From Schmidtea polychroa (lineage: Eukaryota): a DNA stretch of 64,000 nt. The stretch lies in the NCBI GenBank assembly GCA_044892525.1, contig CM097887.1, positions 61,752,001 through 61,816,000 on the forward strand, given 5' to 3'. Position numbers and translations under genes: made by a program. Positions within the stretch are counted from its first letter, which is position 1. Every line of letters begins with the position of its first letter. Below are positions 11,789 to 24,380 of this stretch, piece by piece. The notes below the pieces were generated by a model. It ran no database searches. It was not told where the DNA came from and saw nothing but the letters and a program-made list of their open reading frames with translations.

Positions 11789-13940
11789 CTTCTATCCCAT
11801 CAAAAAATAATATAGACTTTGAAAATTTTCAGAAGATTATTAGAAGATTACAATTTTAACGTTTTATTCGATAGTGATTTTATGACAAATCTTTATTAGT
11901 AACTTTTTGAATATTAGCTTTTTATTTAGAAACTGAATTAACGTTGTTTTAGTTTTGACTCAGTTATCAATGTACTTATGTCTCTATTTTTGGTCATATT
12001 TACATTGTAAACTATCTGAACCTCGTGAAAAATCATGGAGATCAAATAATATAAAATTTAATTACTATAAACCTTGATCAGCTTCAAATGCCAAAATATT
12101 TCATTAAAGGTGTATAAACAATTTTCAATAATTTTCGGCAACAAAATCCCTCATTGTCTCTAAAAAACTAAAAATTAAATTTTAATATTAACTAAAATAA
12201 TATTACCAACTTATTTCTATTCTCGCACACTCTAAATTTTTTCCAAAGGATTGGAGATTGAGTGCTTCGTTGATGAATTTTTCAGCATATACTAGGAGAT
12301 CCTAAAATTTACCGATAATTTTCTTTCTCCCGTGTAAATCTCCCAGAGAAATTATCACTCTGAAAGTAGAAATAGTGAAAGTTATAAAATTATTGGGAAA
12401 AATCTTTACTAAAATTTTGAAATTTTTAGCGTCACCGTCAGCGTCGGTGCATTGATGCGGATAAACAAATGGAATTTCTAAAAATCGCATTTTAGAGTTA
12501 TATATTACTTTTGGACATTTTACTTGGGAAATGCATCGTAAAAATTCTCAGGATTTTCAAAAACTTCAATTACATTAAGATTTTTACATATATAATCAAA
12601 AATTTCACTAATTTCTAAATTTTGTAAATCTACAAAATTTAATTTAGAATTTCAGTAAATTTAAAAAGCAATTTAGAAATTTCATAGGTTAATTGACCCA
12701 GTCAGTAGTACCCGAGAGCCGACCACTGTCAATGACATCACCAAGAAATTACAAGCCAAGTGTGACTTGCCAGAGACGATTTTTGATATGAGTGATGAGA
12801 TATTTATGATGAATCCCCGCTGTCGGCAAAAGTTTGAGGTCGATATGAAAAATGATCTTGAAAAGACTTGGCTGAACTCTTGACTATCGTGATGTAGTAG
12901 CTTTTATATTATAGAATCTAAACTTAACGTTTTATCGTTTGTTATTTCCGAATTACGTAGAGAAATTTTAATCATATTTTGTCTTTGTTTTCCTTTTGAT
13001 TTTGGTGTTGTTACTACGGAAAGTTAACGTAATATGATCACTTGATAACTAATAAATTTATGATGAAGAATTGCGAGAATGCTAGGTTGAGGATATCCTA
13101 CGAATAACTCTTTCTGACAGATGGATCACATGATTGAATGACTTAAGGTCTTCTATTATCAGTCCAGGAGATTTATGATGGGCGTTAAGCTGGGAGTAGT
13201 TTTGAGCTCACCTATGCACTCACTGTGTAAACATTTTATAAAACCAACACAACAATACATTTTTATCTTTTTCTTTGGACACCAATCCAAATGCCGTATA
13301 TGTATTACAATATTTGTAAGTGTTAAATGGCTGTTTTCATACAATTAGAATTGTAAAAATTTCGATAAATTTTAGAAAAATTTGAAAAAAACTTTTGTTT
13401 TTTTTCAATTTTCAACCAATGCCATTTTCAGTTAATAATTTTAAATAATAGGTAAAAGAAAATTTAGTTTTTGGCTACCTGTGTGCGGTGCACACATTGA
13501 ACACACGCTAGACCATGAATAAATATTTAAATAATTTGAGTTTTTGAATAAATTGTTGTCGCTCCCTTTATTTATCATTAAAACTGATTATCACACCGTT
13601 GGCATTTAAATAATCTTAAGTCAAATCATAATTAAGAAAAATAAAATCTTTTGTATAATACACAAAAAATAAGTTTCTAACTTTATAAAGATTTCTATTG
13701 TCAGTGGTTTGCAGCTCATAAAAATAAATTGAAAAAATAAATTATGATTGTTAATTAAAGGTAATTCACAACCAATTATTCTAAAACATCATTAAAATTC
13801 AACGATATCAAAATTACATACAAATTGAATGATTCAGATATAAAAGGTTCTCTTTAACAAGTTTCAAAGAAAAGCACTTCAGATCGAAACTTTTTACGAC
13901 AAAACTTAACTTCCATGGTAAAATCCAAACGTGAAGTAAT

Positions 13941-14708
13941 TTAAATCTGTGGAGAATTTACTGACTTTTCTGGAAAAAGACTCAAATAACTTGGAGGCAA
14001 ATCGTTTAAAGAAATTTGAGGGAAATGAGTATCAACATCCATTGGAGCAGTCGGGACACAATGACTATCATTCAAAATTTCAGCATTATTTCTTCTTTGA
14101 TTTTGGTAAGACACATTAGGAATATTGTTAAAATATCTTCTCCTATCTCTGCGTATTATTAAAATGAAAATACCGAGAAAAAATACTATAGCAATTCCAA
14201 TTAATGGAGCGGCAATTCTCCAAAATGTATACAAGCATTTGATACTTCTATATTCATAATGCTCGTAAGAAATATTACCTCTTTCTGGAAAACAACCATA
14301 ATCATACGGTCCGGATCCCTGTAAATTACAACAACCTCTCGCTCGTTTTCTGAAAGACTTGTCACAGTCACTACTCCACGTAGACCATTTTTGCCAAGGG
14401 CACCAATTTTGAATATTACAAGGAGTTCTGCAATTCTTGGAGAAAATTATAAATATTTTAAGTCTCTTCAAATGTCGACCACTGCATGTTAGTGGGGAAT
14501 AAATTTTTCCATTACACAAACAATTTCGCGAAAAGTATTGCAAACACGAGCTTTCGTAACGATAACAATTAGGAGTTCTCGACCAATTCGACCAACTACA
14601 AGAATTACATAATTGTAATATATAGGTAAGTTTTAAATAAGAAATAATAAATAGATTTTTTTTCATTTTTAATCGATAATTACTTGTAATTTTTAACTGA
14701 TTATCCAC
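13941..14708 (-). CDS. Single-pass membrane protein: signal peptide, two TSP1-like repeats, TM, cytoplasmic PPxY motif (paralog A, 255 aa ORF; likely start at MKKNLF)
   Basis: CSWSNWS...C and WCPWQKWSTWSSDCDKSFRKRARGCC (TSP1 WxxW / RxRxR pattern). Hydrophobic IAAPLIGIAIVFFLGIFILII followed by RRDRRR. LPPSY in the tail. Intact ORF in a stop-rich AT background. Confidence 0.8.
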   Translation of the reverse strand: MDNQLKITSNYRLKMKKNLFIISYLKLTYILQLCNSCSWSNWSRTPNCYRYESSCLQYFSRNCLCNGKIYSPLTCSGRHLKRLKIFIIFSKNCRTPCNIQNWCPWQKWSTWSSDCDKSFRKRARGCCNLQGSGPYDYGCFPERGNISYEHYEYRSIKCLYTFWRIAAPLIGIAIVFFLGIFILIIRRDRRRYFNNIPNVSYQNQRRNNAEILNDSHCVPTAPMDVDTHFPQISLNDLPPSYLSLFPEKSVNSPQI

Positions 14709-16064
14709 TAGTAAATGCGCTTTGGTGTATGCATTTAGATAGATATATCAACCAATTAAAATTAGTTTAAAAATAATTTCTTCCTACGTCGATAGGATTG
14801 GTAGGATTTCAATCAATTTGTTACACTGCATGTGTGTGTTTGTCATACAGATCAAGAGACTTTGCATTCAAAATTATTAACACCACTTGTCACGATTCTA
14901 CAAATTTCGCTGTAAATGTTTTTCAATACTTCTATAAACATGAAATAATTTATCACTAAATTAAAAGTTTTGAGTGTTAAAACTTTAATAAAATAGAAAA
15001 GCTTTGCAGTTATGTAAATATTTATATTAAGTACCAATAATGTGATAATTTAATTTGAAAACAAAATGACTTAGTATAATTCTCTTGAGAAATAATTAAC
15101 AAATATTAATAAAAACAATCTTGGCTCTACATCTAGATTGAAAATATTGATTATAAAAAGTTTATGAACTTTAATATCTAATTAAAAATTAGTAATTTCA
15201 CAAAAGCCGTCATTCATTCAGCAACTAAAAGTTATTTAGAGAAAATTGTTAACAATTTATATATTAAATAAATGCTTTCATGAAAGTAATTTTCCATGAA
15301 ATAATACAATTGTGATAGCAAAAAATAAAAAATGTAAATATTCGTATGTATGTGAATTACAAACCGTTAAATGTCAAAACAGAATTAGTGCCTCCGACAT
15401 TCCAATTAATAAATATATTAATTTAATTAAATTACAAATGCATTATTAAATTAAGTAAATTAAATTACGTTTAAATATTCATTCTTCTTTCGAATATCGT
15501 ATATCGAATATGTATCAGAACTATGGAATTTTATCAATTGACAAAAGTCTTCTTCCTCCGAAGATCCTTAATTTCAAAAACTCAATATTACAATATTCGA
15601 AACATCAGCTAATCACTGTCTCGCTTTTATATTATATTCATTATGGTATCAACACCAATTTTCCTATTCTTGATAATACTCATGCGCCATCAACATTCAA
15701 AGTTCTATTACTTAAAATATCAGATCGCATTACAAATCCCCAAACGAACGTCAGATCACCCCTGATTGGATCTATACGAAACATAATTAGATCAATAATC
15801 ACTCATTGATCTTGAATTATAAACCGATTGTTTATGATAAATTAACTTCGCTGGATCCTGGATTTTCTTATGATTATTTTTTAAATATTTTTGTTTTTAT
15901 GTTCCTACAACAGAAAAGGCTATATTTATAATACCGTCGGCTAGAAATATTTTCGATGTGATAAGAAAATCAAGGTATTTTTACATCGATTTCAATATCT
16001 GTAGAGAATATACCGAAAATAGTGTTTAGTATTAGATTCGGGGGGCAGTGTGAATTCACCAGGA

Positions 16065-16130
16065 TGCCTTTAGAATTTTGTGCAGTACCAGCTACATTTC
16101 AAAAAGTGGTGAGTGTGGTACTAAGAGGTG
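16065..16130 (+). mobile_element. Small gypsy RT fragment
   Basis: Translates MPLEFCAVPATFQKVVSVVLRG, resembling the gypsy RT motif MPFGLxNAPATFQ. Confidence 0.45.
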
Positions 16131-16229
16131 AAAGTTAGATAAATTGTGTTATATAATCAGATGATATCTTGGTTTTTGGAAGAACGCTGCCGGATCAAAA
16201 AGAAAAGGAAATGTGAAAGTATACGATGA

Positions 16230-17399
16230 GACAATGATAAGCAATGAAGTACAATTATTCTGCAAAACATTCCGTCTTCCAATAACATTGATGTAACCAA
16301 TTCTGGGTTAACAATAGATATTACTAATCTATTTCGGATTATTTCATGATTTAGATTGCAATCATTTAGTATCACCTCTTGTTCTGCATCTGTCCTTGCA
16401 AGTCATGATATAAATAATCTACTTTGTTATTTATATAATTCGTAATTTTAATATCTTTTATGTGTAAAGCCTTAGCATTTCGACTATAATCCCTCGACAG
16501 GAAAATTCCTTTGTAGTTCGTATCGTACACTCTTTTCCCACATTAAGTCTTTTTGTCTTTTCGGCCAAATCGAATTGCTTCTGTTTTGTCTTCTGATTTC
16601 AACACTAGAGGTGTATTTTCCTCTCCGATATCTTCCTTCTGTTGTTTGTTGATTTCCTTCAACGTTTTTGCTTTATCCCAAACCTTTTCTGGATTCTGGG
16701 AGTCTCGATATTTAGTTCCATTGAATTTTACAAAAAGTATTTTCTTGAGGAATCCCATCTCACAATGGTCTCTCATTTGTTCGTAAATCAATGTGGTAGT
16801 TCCCGTTCTACAACTACCGAATTTGGCATTGCATTGTGGATGTGCCATCAATTTCCCCGTGGCCACATCGAATGTTCCATCGTATTCCCGTAACTCCACT
16901 GAGTAATCTTCTGTATCTTCCACATAGGAAACCAAATTGCTACCGCGAATTTTCTTCCTTCCTTCGCACGTTCCATCCGAGGCAATTGTTCATCCTCGAG
17001 TGATTGTTATTCCCATTGTTTTTCCAATTTCTGCCGAGATAGATACCTCGTTATCTATCCTCACACTTCCTTTTCGGAATGCATCTAGACAACCTTCGGG
17101 CATTATGTTTACTGCTCTTGGGATTAATATTGCTGATAGAAAAGCTGAATAGCTATGACTACCGCAATAATATTCAAATGTAGCTCTCTGGATTCCACAT
17201 TTCTTTATCGTGGTTCTATAAAACTCACTCTCTTGGTAGACGTATTCTACCTTTTCCCCTTGATGAACCTCTTCTGGATACGCCTCTTTGCACTCAATTG
17301 CATTGCAATATATCCGAGATAGTTTTGGATTACTGTCAGTGAATTAGTTTGTTTTAATATGCCCATCATTACCAGAAACATCAGGATCATGCTTGTCAT
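16230..17399 (-). pseudogene. env-like glycoprotein of chuvirus-G / herpes gB-like (class III fusogen) type, disrupted and C-terminally truncated
   Basis: Signal-like MTSMILMFLVMMGILKQTNS; after a frameshift TDSNPKLSRIYCNAIEC..VYQESEF..IKKCGIQRATFEYYCGSHSYSA..GCLDAFRKG..DGTCEG..CNAKFGSCRTGTTTLIY..CGKRVYDTNY..NYINNKVDYL; after a second frameshift DCNLNHEIIRNRLVISIVNPE..VLHC. Stops at 16990-16992 and 16543-16545. Confidence 0.75.
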
Positions 17400-19000
17400 G
17401 TTCCCTGTTCCTGGACTACCATTATTTATGGGTTCTTCCACGACCTCGTATCGTGGTTTTGGGAGTATCTCCTTTTCCCAAAATTTGTTCACTGTCATCC
17501 ACACCTCAAGGTAATAATCTACCATTTCTACTATTTGATCGATTTATCAGTCTATAAGCCTTTTATCGTCCCCTGCTCGAGCTAAGGTATTTTGAATTAA
17601 CAACGATAGCGATGTTACCACTTTTCCTCTTGTTAATCCTTGCTGTACGAATGCTTCTATGGCATCCTGAATATCTCCTGTCGAGACGTCTTTGGATACT
17701 TTATCCATTGTCTTCCTGACCTCTTTCGTTATCTTCTTCACTTCGATTTTTTGATTTTTGGAATTCTCCATTCGGGCTTGATAATCCCAATCACTAGTTG
17801 TACTCGTTGCCACAGCAGTGATCTCTTTGGCACTGTTTCTTCTTCTGCTTGGTCATCCACCTCTTCAGTTATCCCTATTAGTGTTCTTAACTGAATTTTC
17901 CGAATTGTTTCCGGATTTAACTACTCCTTGGGTGTAGGTTTCATTTTATCCTTTCTAGGACGTCCTTGTCCATCTTTTTTCAATTTCACCGGAGGTTTTC
18001 GGTCTCTAAATTTACTACTGCTTGTGACGTAGTTGATCCTACGTTTGTTTCTTCTGGGTTTAATCTGACGTACTCTGAAAAATAATCTTCCTCGTCAATG
18101 TCCACCATTTGACATAGATTAATTTCCTCTAGCCTTATTTCCTCGATTTCTTCAACGATTTCATTTGCTGTGTTTGGTAATCTCATTATTGACCATTGAA
18201 ATTCGGGTGGCGTTACTGGGATGATCATTACCGTGGTATTTGCCAACGGTAGACAATCCACATCCACTAGGTATTCGTCATCATCTACTTGCCTACCATG
18301 GATCATTATCAGGAATATACCTGTAGTTTGATCAGTGGCAATCACATCTCTCCTTAATATTTTGGTTCTACTATAAATCATTGTTAATGGTTCTTTTCCA
18401 ATCATTCGCACGTCTAAATTAATGTTGCCTTGCCTATCAAGCTGACTTTGGATTGCTTTCCCATTTCTCCTCATCAGCGCTTCGATTTGCGTCTGGAATG
18501 AACTTGTTTCTTTTACCACTGGTAGTATAAGTGGAATTATTGCTTCCAACAAATCTACTGGTATTCGTAATACTAACATCCAGTCTAGTATTTCTTTTAT
18601 GGTTTCTCCATCGCGTGGAGATTTTTGCAATTCGCTGGTTAAGTCGCTGGGTTAATTGTTGAGTTTCCTCCAATTTTTCGATTTCCATCTGAGTAATCAA
18701 AAATACAATGTCTTGATCCATTACTGCCACTGGCTTCGGTGCTCTCTTTGCTGTGAGCTTTGTCACTCTACCTGGGAGTATCCCGTCTTGTAGAAGTGTT
18801 TGGTTTGCTTCTCGTTTTATTCCACATAAGTACAAGTCATATCGCTCTTTCAGCAATTAATGATAGCTTGTGTGCAAACTCTCCCACATGTTCATTGGCA
18901 TTCTGTTTCCGATGATAAAATTGCTGCCTAAAAATTCTTCCCGCATCTCCGGGCAATATTCAAGCAGTCATTGCTTCTCTCATTTCTCATGCAATAAATA
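16230..19000 (-). mobile_element. Decayed LTR-retroelement with gag, protease-like ORF and env; RT/RNase H/integrase not visible
   Basis: ~18995-18860 translates ILPGDAGRIFRQQFYHRKQNANEHVGEFAHKLSLIAERA (retrotransposon gag pattern), continued by ORF 18437-18856. Overlapping ORF 17986-18630 has a retropepsin-like layout. GRPRK AT-hook at ~17960. Then the env pseudogene. LTRs not identified. Confidence 0.65.
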
Positions 19001-19379
19001 GGGTATATAAATAAGCGTATTTTGGTCCCAATTTAATGAAATTTTTGTGTGAAACTTTGTGTAAAAGTTTTGAAAGTGAAAAAAACTTCAGAAAAATTTA
19101 TTAAGGGATTTTTTGATTCTATACTTCAATGTATTTTTGTTAGTGCATAATTAAAGATCTTTTAACGATTTTTGATAACTGTTTTTTATGGAATCGTCAC
19201 AAGAGGCAGTTCACACTGTAACTTCTAGTGTCCACTGTGAACGATGGCAAGTTAAGAGAGGAATTTCCTAATTCTCCCGTATCTACATCTGGTAATCCTT
19301 AGTGTCTCCGTATCATGATCGCGAAAGGTAAAACGAGTAACTACAGAACGCTAACGGACAAGGACTTTTGAAATATTTC

Positions 19380-19815
19380 AATGTTTCATTACTCGCCTTC
19401 CAAATGCAACGAAAAAAGCTCGTGTGGCTATTCAAGGGTCAGTGCCAATTGGAATTGGCATCCAAGAAAAAATTATTATTTTGATCTAATTATTGTCCAT
19501 AACTTCTTTCATACTCTTCTGAATTAAATTGTGAATCCTCGAAATATTTTCAGAACTTTATTTTCAATTTCTTCATATTCAAGTGGCCGACCACTCTTGC
19601 TTTTACGAGTAAAAATATTTCGATCACTTACCGCTTTAAATAGATCGTCCTTTTTATTCTTCCAACCGCACAATACTGATTCGTTAACTCCATGTAGTTT
19701 AGCAATTGCTCAACAATCTCTTTCTGGCTAACCTGTTTTAATTTCATTTAAAATGTCAAATTTTTGTTTGATGGTATAATTATTTCTACTTGAAATTATT
19801 GTATCGATATTCATT
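19380..19815 (-). mobile_element. pogo/Tigger-type transposase N-terminal remnant (HTH_psq/CENP-B-like)
   Basis: YTIKQKFDILNEIKTG...IAKLHGVNESVLCGWK...GRPLEYEEIENKV, typical of pogo DNA-binding domains; stops and frameshifts present. Confidence 0.6.
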
Positions 19816-22492
19816 TTATAAAGAATCAATTATTTCAATTTAAAAAAATTAACGTTTACTATAATAATAAAAACTGTTAATGAATAGTAATTAATAATGA
19901 CTGTAAATTATAATTTTAAAATCAGTAATATTTTTGCTTGTTTACTTTTCTTAATAGTAAAATTGAAATCATATATTTACACAGTAAAATTCGAACATAG
20001 TACGAGCGCGTTCTATTACATAAAATGCGTCCATACTAAATTCAGGGGAAGACTGTAGAGATTCTGTCTACTGCAAAATAATGACCACCATAGAATTTGT
20101 CAGTAATGTCTCTATCTCGATCATCGAAGAATGAAGAATTTAGCCGCCCACGTCACAACATCGACCAAAGTACATCTTATTTTATATTGTGGATATGTTA
20201 AATCATTATATTTTTCTATGTGATAACAACAAGTTAAAGAACCACGGATCGAAGTTAAGTAAAGCACATCCAGGAAACACGACAAGGATATTGACTTATG
20301 ACTTTGTTCTCTTTAGAAATATAATACCGTGGTCTTATATCCAAACTTGAGTTGATGCCCATCGATAAATGATATAGGGCTAAAAGTTTATAATTGTAGG
20401 CCAAATCTTCTCATCCTGACTTGCAAGTGTCGATTCCGAACTGTATCGCGTTTATACAACCAACCGAGATGTCCATAATGCTATGAATTATGATGAAAAA
20501 TATCGCTAATCTTGACATCTAATGATTTGAGAAAAAGATTTTATATACCCCGAGAGCCGTACAGCAGATAAAAGATGCCATCCGAAACCTACACAGAGTG
20601 GATCGAAGTATTAAAGAAGGTGTTATACCAAACTCCGATGGTGAGCGTTGTCAATTGGTTGACGAAGAATGGAAAAAGGACCTTCACTGATACCTCAATC
20701 GAAACCTGTGGATACCAAAGGACGTATTGTGGCAAAGAACCAAACTACCCCAATGACATTCTAGTTCTCGGAACCTCAGAAGATTTTGCCAATATTAAAC
20801 ATACGGGTGTCTAGGTGTTCATAAATTAATAAATATTTGTTATCATTCAATGACATTGATGAATGTTTGATTTGAATGTGAAGAAATATGTGAGCAAAAG
20901 ATAGTTTGTTGATTAATTAGAGTGAATGGAGGTCATTATTTATACCTTTAATTTAGAATTTGTGATTATTTATTAAACTGCTTTTATTGTTGTTCCCGGT
21001 ATGTTTGCAATGAAGCGTGGTACCGACAGAGTATGATGAAGTGACACAGTTTGAATGAATGAAAAACACGACACACATAGCGTAGAATTATTCGAAATTA
21101 ATATATGCGATTTCACACTCATTAAGCGATTTAGTGATTTGATTAAATGTAAACTAACAACTTTTATACCTCTGATAGGAAGGTAGATCAAGGATCATCT
21201 TATTGAAATCTCATGTTTATTTTAGTGGTTCGTTTGGTGGAAAGCTTGCAGAAGATGGTAAATTTCCGTTAGAAAATTGAGAAGCTCAAACTTCATGTAC
21301 GACAATAGAATTCAATCGATGCAATGAAAAAAATGTAGGCTGGTCGAGTGACTGCAGACACAGGTCACCCAGACCCAAGTAGAGATTTGAGCTCTAAAGA
21401 TGCGTATTCACCAGCAGGAATCGCAAACCCATCAGGAGTCAGTAAATCGACACGTCTCGGAATAAATTCAAGAGTTTTTCCCGATAATGCGTCTTAGTTC
21501 TAGAGTGACGGAGCCAAGATTGTTAATAATGCGAACAGCGACAAAGTGCAAACCGGGAAAAGGGGAACACGTCAGGCGTAGTGCGTGTAAAGACGCTCGC
21601 ATCTTAGATCATTTCGGTCGGATCCTAGAAACTATAGAATCGACGAATGTGTGAATGAAAATAAACTGTTTTATCTTATATTTTATCGAAGCCCTAGTAT
21701 ATCATAACTTTTATAAGGAATTATAAATGTTTTTAAAGCCGTTAGGGCACCGAATTTATTATATTAATGTTAAAATTTTAGTACGAAACGAGATTCAACC
21801 CTTGCAACAGGAACTACGGAATACTGAAACAGTGATGAGAGAAGTTAATATAATGCTGAGATGACTCCAGGAACAATCCCGCAATGAGAACGGAATAGCT
21901 GTTGAGCTCACGTATAGTATTTTGTAGAGGAAGAAAAAATTTAGTTTAGTTTCAGTTTATAGTTTTAGAATTAATTAATTGACCAACATAAGGACTAAAA
22001 TAAATACGGACAATTACCTTCAAATGGTGATCAGTGACAATTATAGTGTACAAGATACACTCACTTGTCGTGAGTATTCACCCATCCGGAACAGTTCCAA
22101 CGTTGATCATTCAACGGGTGTCGAACGGCATTCAAATCTTGTATTCTGGTTGCGTTGGTGACAACATGACGGGTTAAAATTGAGATGACTTGCAACCCAC
22201 CAGATTAAAAGAAATTAAGATCATGCAGTGTTTCGAGATTAAGGTTAACTGACGCCTAGGACGAAATAAAGTATCAACTCTGAATACCAACTGGGATCTT
22301 TCGTTAATGAGTCATAATAAGTTCAAATAAATTAAAATTAAAATTTCAAGCTTTAATAATTGATTTACTCTACTTAAATTTAGAAAAATTTATTTCTTTA
22401 TCGCTGATTGCACAAAAATAGAAGAAATATTTTCCTATCCTTTATCTGATTGGATAAAATAGAATTTATATTATTGATTAAAATTTTTAAGA

Positions 22493-23320
22493 ATGAAATT
22501 TTTCCATTTCTTACTTTATTGCTTTAAATTTAACAACTTTGTATTCGGATTATGTAACTGGAATTCTTGGCCAGTGAAAAGATTTTGTTTGAATAAAACC
22601 TTCAATTGCAGAAGGCAGTTGAAAGAAAATTTATATTTCAGAAAATGCATTTGTCCCGATAATGTGGAATCCGAAAAACTTTGTGGAATATATTATTATT
22701 TTAACTTTTGTCGAATTCCAAAATGCTCTGAGCCAGACAGATGGTGTCCTTGGTTAAAATGGTCTAGTTGGAGTACGACATGCAACGAAGGAAAACGTTT
22801 ACGAATAAGAGAATGCTGCAACGACTATTTATCAATCATGCGTGATACGTCTATAGTAGACTTTTATCCAAATTGTTTCAATGATTCCATTGACTCTCTT
22901 TACTTTAAAAGTATAGAATCAAGACATCGTCAATGCAGTGCAAAAGAATACATAACCACCGATTATATGAGCAATCTCGGAGAATATGCATTCATTCCTA
23001 TCATTGTTTTTGGAATGTCCATTTTCTTTGTATTGTTTATTATCAAGCGGTTTTGCAAAACATTTCGAGAAAGAAATATGAGGAGTTCAAGAATGATAAA
23101 TTTACCTCAATTACATAGCATTAATTCCAATAGAAGTCTTTTCATCAATTCTACCTCGGCAGTTCCGCGTAATATGACAAACTCTTCCGCGACAATTGAA
23201 AATAATATTTTTAATCAGAGATGTTACGATCCACCACCTTCATATAATAGCCTGAACAAAGATTTAACACCGGCGACTCCGTCTTCTCCTCCTCCAAGTT
23301 ATGATAGCTGTATAGAATAA
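22493..23320 (+). CDS. Single-pass membrane protein: signal peptide, two TSP1-like repeats, TM, two PPxY motifs (paralog B, 275 aa)
   Basis: CNWNSW...C and WCPWLKWSSWSTTCNEGKRLRIRECC; TM AFIPIIVFGMSIFFVLFII followed by KR; DPPPSY and SPPPSY in the tail. Cys/Trp spacing matches the ORF at 13941-14708. Confidence 0.82.
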   Translation: MKFFHFLLYCFKFNNFVFGLCNWNSWPVKRFCLNKTFNCRRQLKENLYFRKCICPDNVESEKLCGIYYYFNFCRIPKCSEPDRWCPWLKWSSWSTTCNEGKRLRIRECCNDYLSIMRDTSIVDFYPNCFNDSIDSLYFKSIESRHRQCSAKEYITTDYMSNLGEYAFIPIIVFGMSIFFVLFIIKRFCKTFRERNMRSSRMINLPQLHSINSNRSLFINSTSAVPRNMTNSSATIENNIFNQRCYDPPPSYNSLNKDLTPATPSSPPPSYDSCIE

Positions 23321-24380
23321 CAACAATATGTTGATTTCTGACAGATTATATAACAGCTATTTTGTCAAAACTATCAAAACATTGAAATGTCATTTATTGT
23401 GTAGTTCACATTGTAAATAGATCATTTCGATTAATATAATTTCGACTGTTGCTCGATGTGTCAAATACTTCGTACAAATGGTAGTTGCAATGAGTTATAT
23501 AAGCAAAGAAATAATGTTTTCATAACCTCCTTAATGATATTGTTGGGGTTATAAAAAATAATATAGAGATCACAGAATTGTGTACAAAGCAATTAAATTA
23601 TAAAATTTAACGAGAATGAAGCAATGTATGTGACTGTATTAATAATTAATCAATTGTGAGATCCATAGGGAATGATAATTAAAAAAATGCAAACTAATTC
23701 ATTAATTAATTGATAAAAACAAATCAATTTATTTATAAAAACAAAATCCCCGATTTAACCTGTCTAACTGAAATAAAATAATTTAATTTATTTTGACTTA
23801 TCAATTCCTCGTGGATAAATAATTTAATTTATAAATGATTGACAAGGCGAAAGTCCCATAGAAAGAGCAAAAAAACATCGGCAAATATTTTGAAAATTTT
23901 AACTGTTCAAAATGGTTAATTTATTTCTCTGATGACTTTTGAAACTACCTTGGCTTTAGTAACTTGTGTAATTTTGTCTGATTATCATTCAATTGAAAGG
24001 TAGTAGGGTTTCGTCTCGTGTGATTGAATAAGAATTTGGTTGAATTTCATCTGATATCCTAAAGTTGGAATGTGGCAGGATTTTTTTGATATATAGAATA
24101 ATATTTAAACAGATCTTAAATTTTAAATAAAAAGTCTAATACAAATAAGTTTTAATTAAATTTTAATAATAATAACTGTCCAACACTTCTTAATGTACTT
24201 TGAATGTGGTCTTGCTTATAAATGTGAACAAAATATTAGTGTTTTATATATTATAAATTTAACATTAGGGTATCTCCTCTATTCAGTACTATGAACTCAA
24301 CCGAGAAATGACGAGGAGTTATCATATGGTTTCTATCTGTAGAGTCCATAAATATACCAAAAAATGGAGATAAGTATAAT

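Noticed and set aside
16157-16375. ORF first read as gypsy gag (IRNRLVISI)
   Set aside because: It fits better as the frameshifted continuation of the glycoprotein (DC.L...N.L...P...VLHC follows NY.N.KV.Y in the expected order).
18437-18856. Integrase C-terminal GPY/F domain or chromodomain (KLTAKRAPKP; EYLV)
   Set aside because: The directly upstream frame is clearly gag-like and no DDE or HHCC motifs are present; the matches are too short.
19900-22300. Several moderately GC-rich stretches and short ORFs (e.g. 20575-20814, 21200-21650)
   Set aside because: No recognisable motifs, termini or splice-consistent frames; probably unidentifiable TE debris.
16230-23320. A functional cell-fusion module made of the env fusogen plus the TSP1 adhesins
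   Set aside because: The env copy is broken and truncated, and proximity in a TE-dense region is weak evidence of functional linkage.
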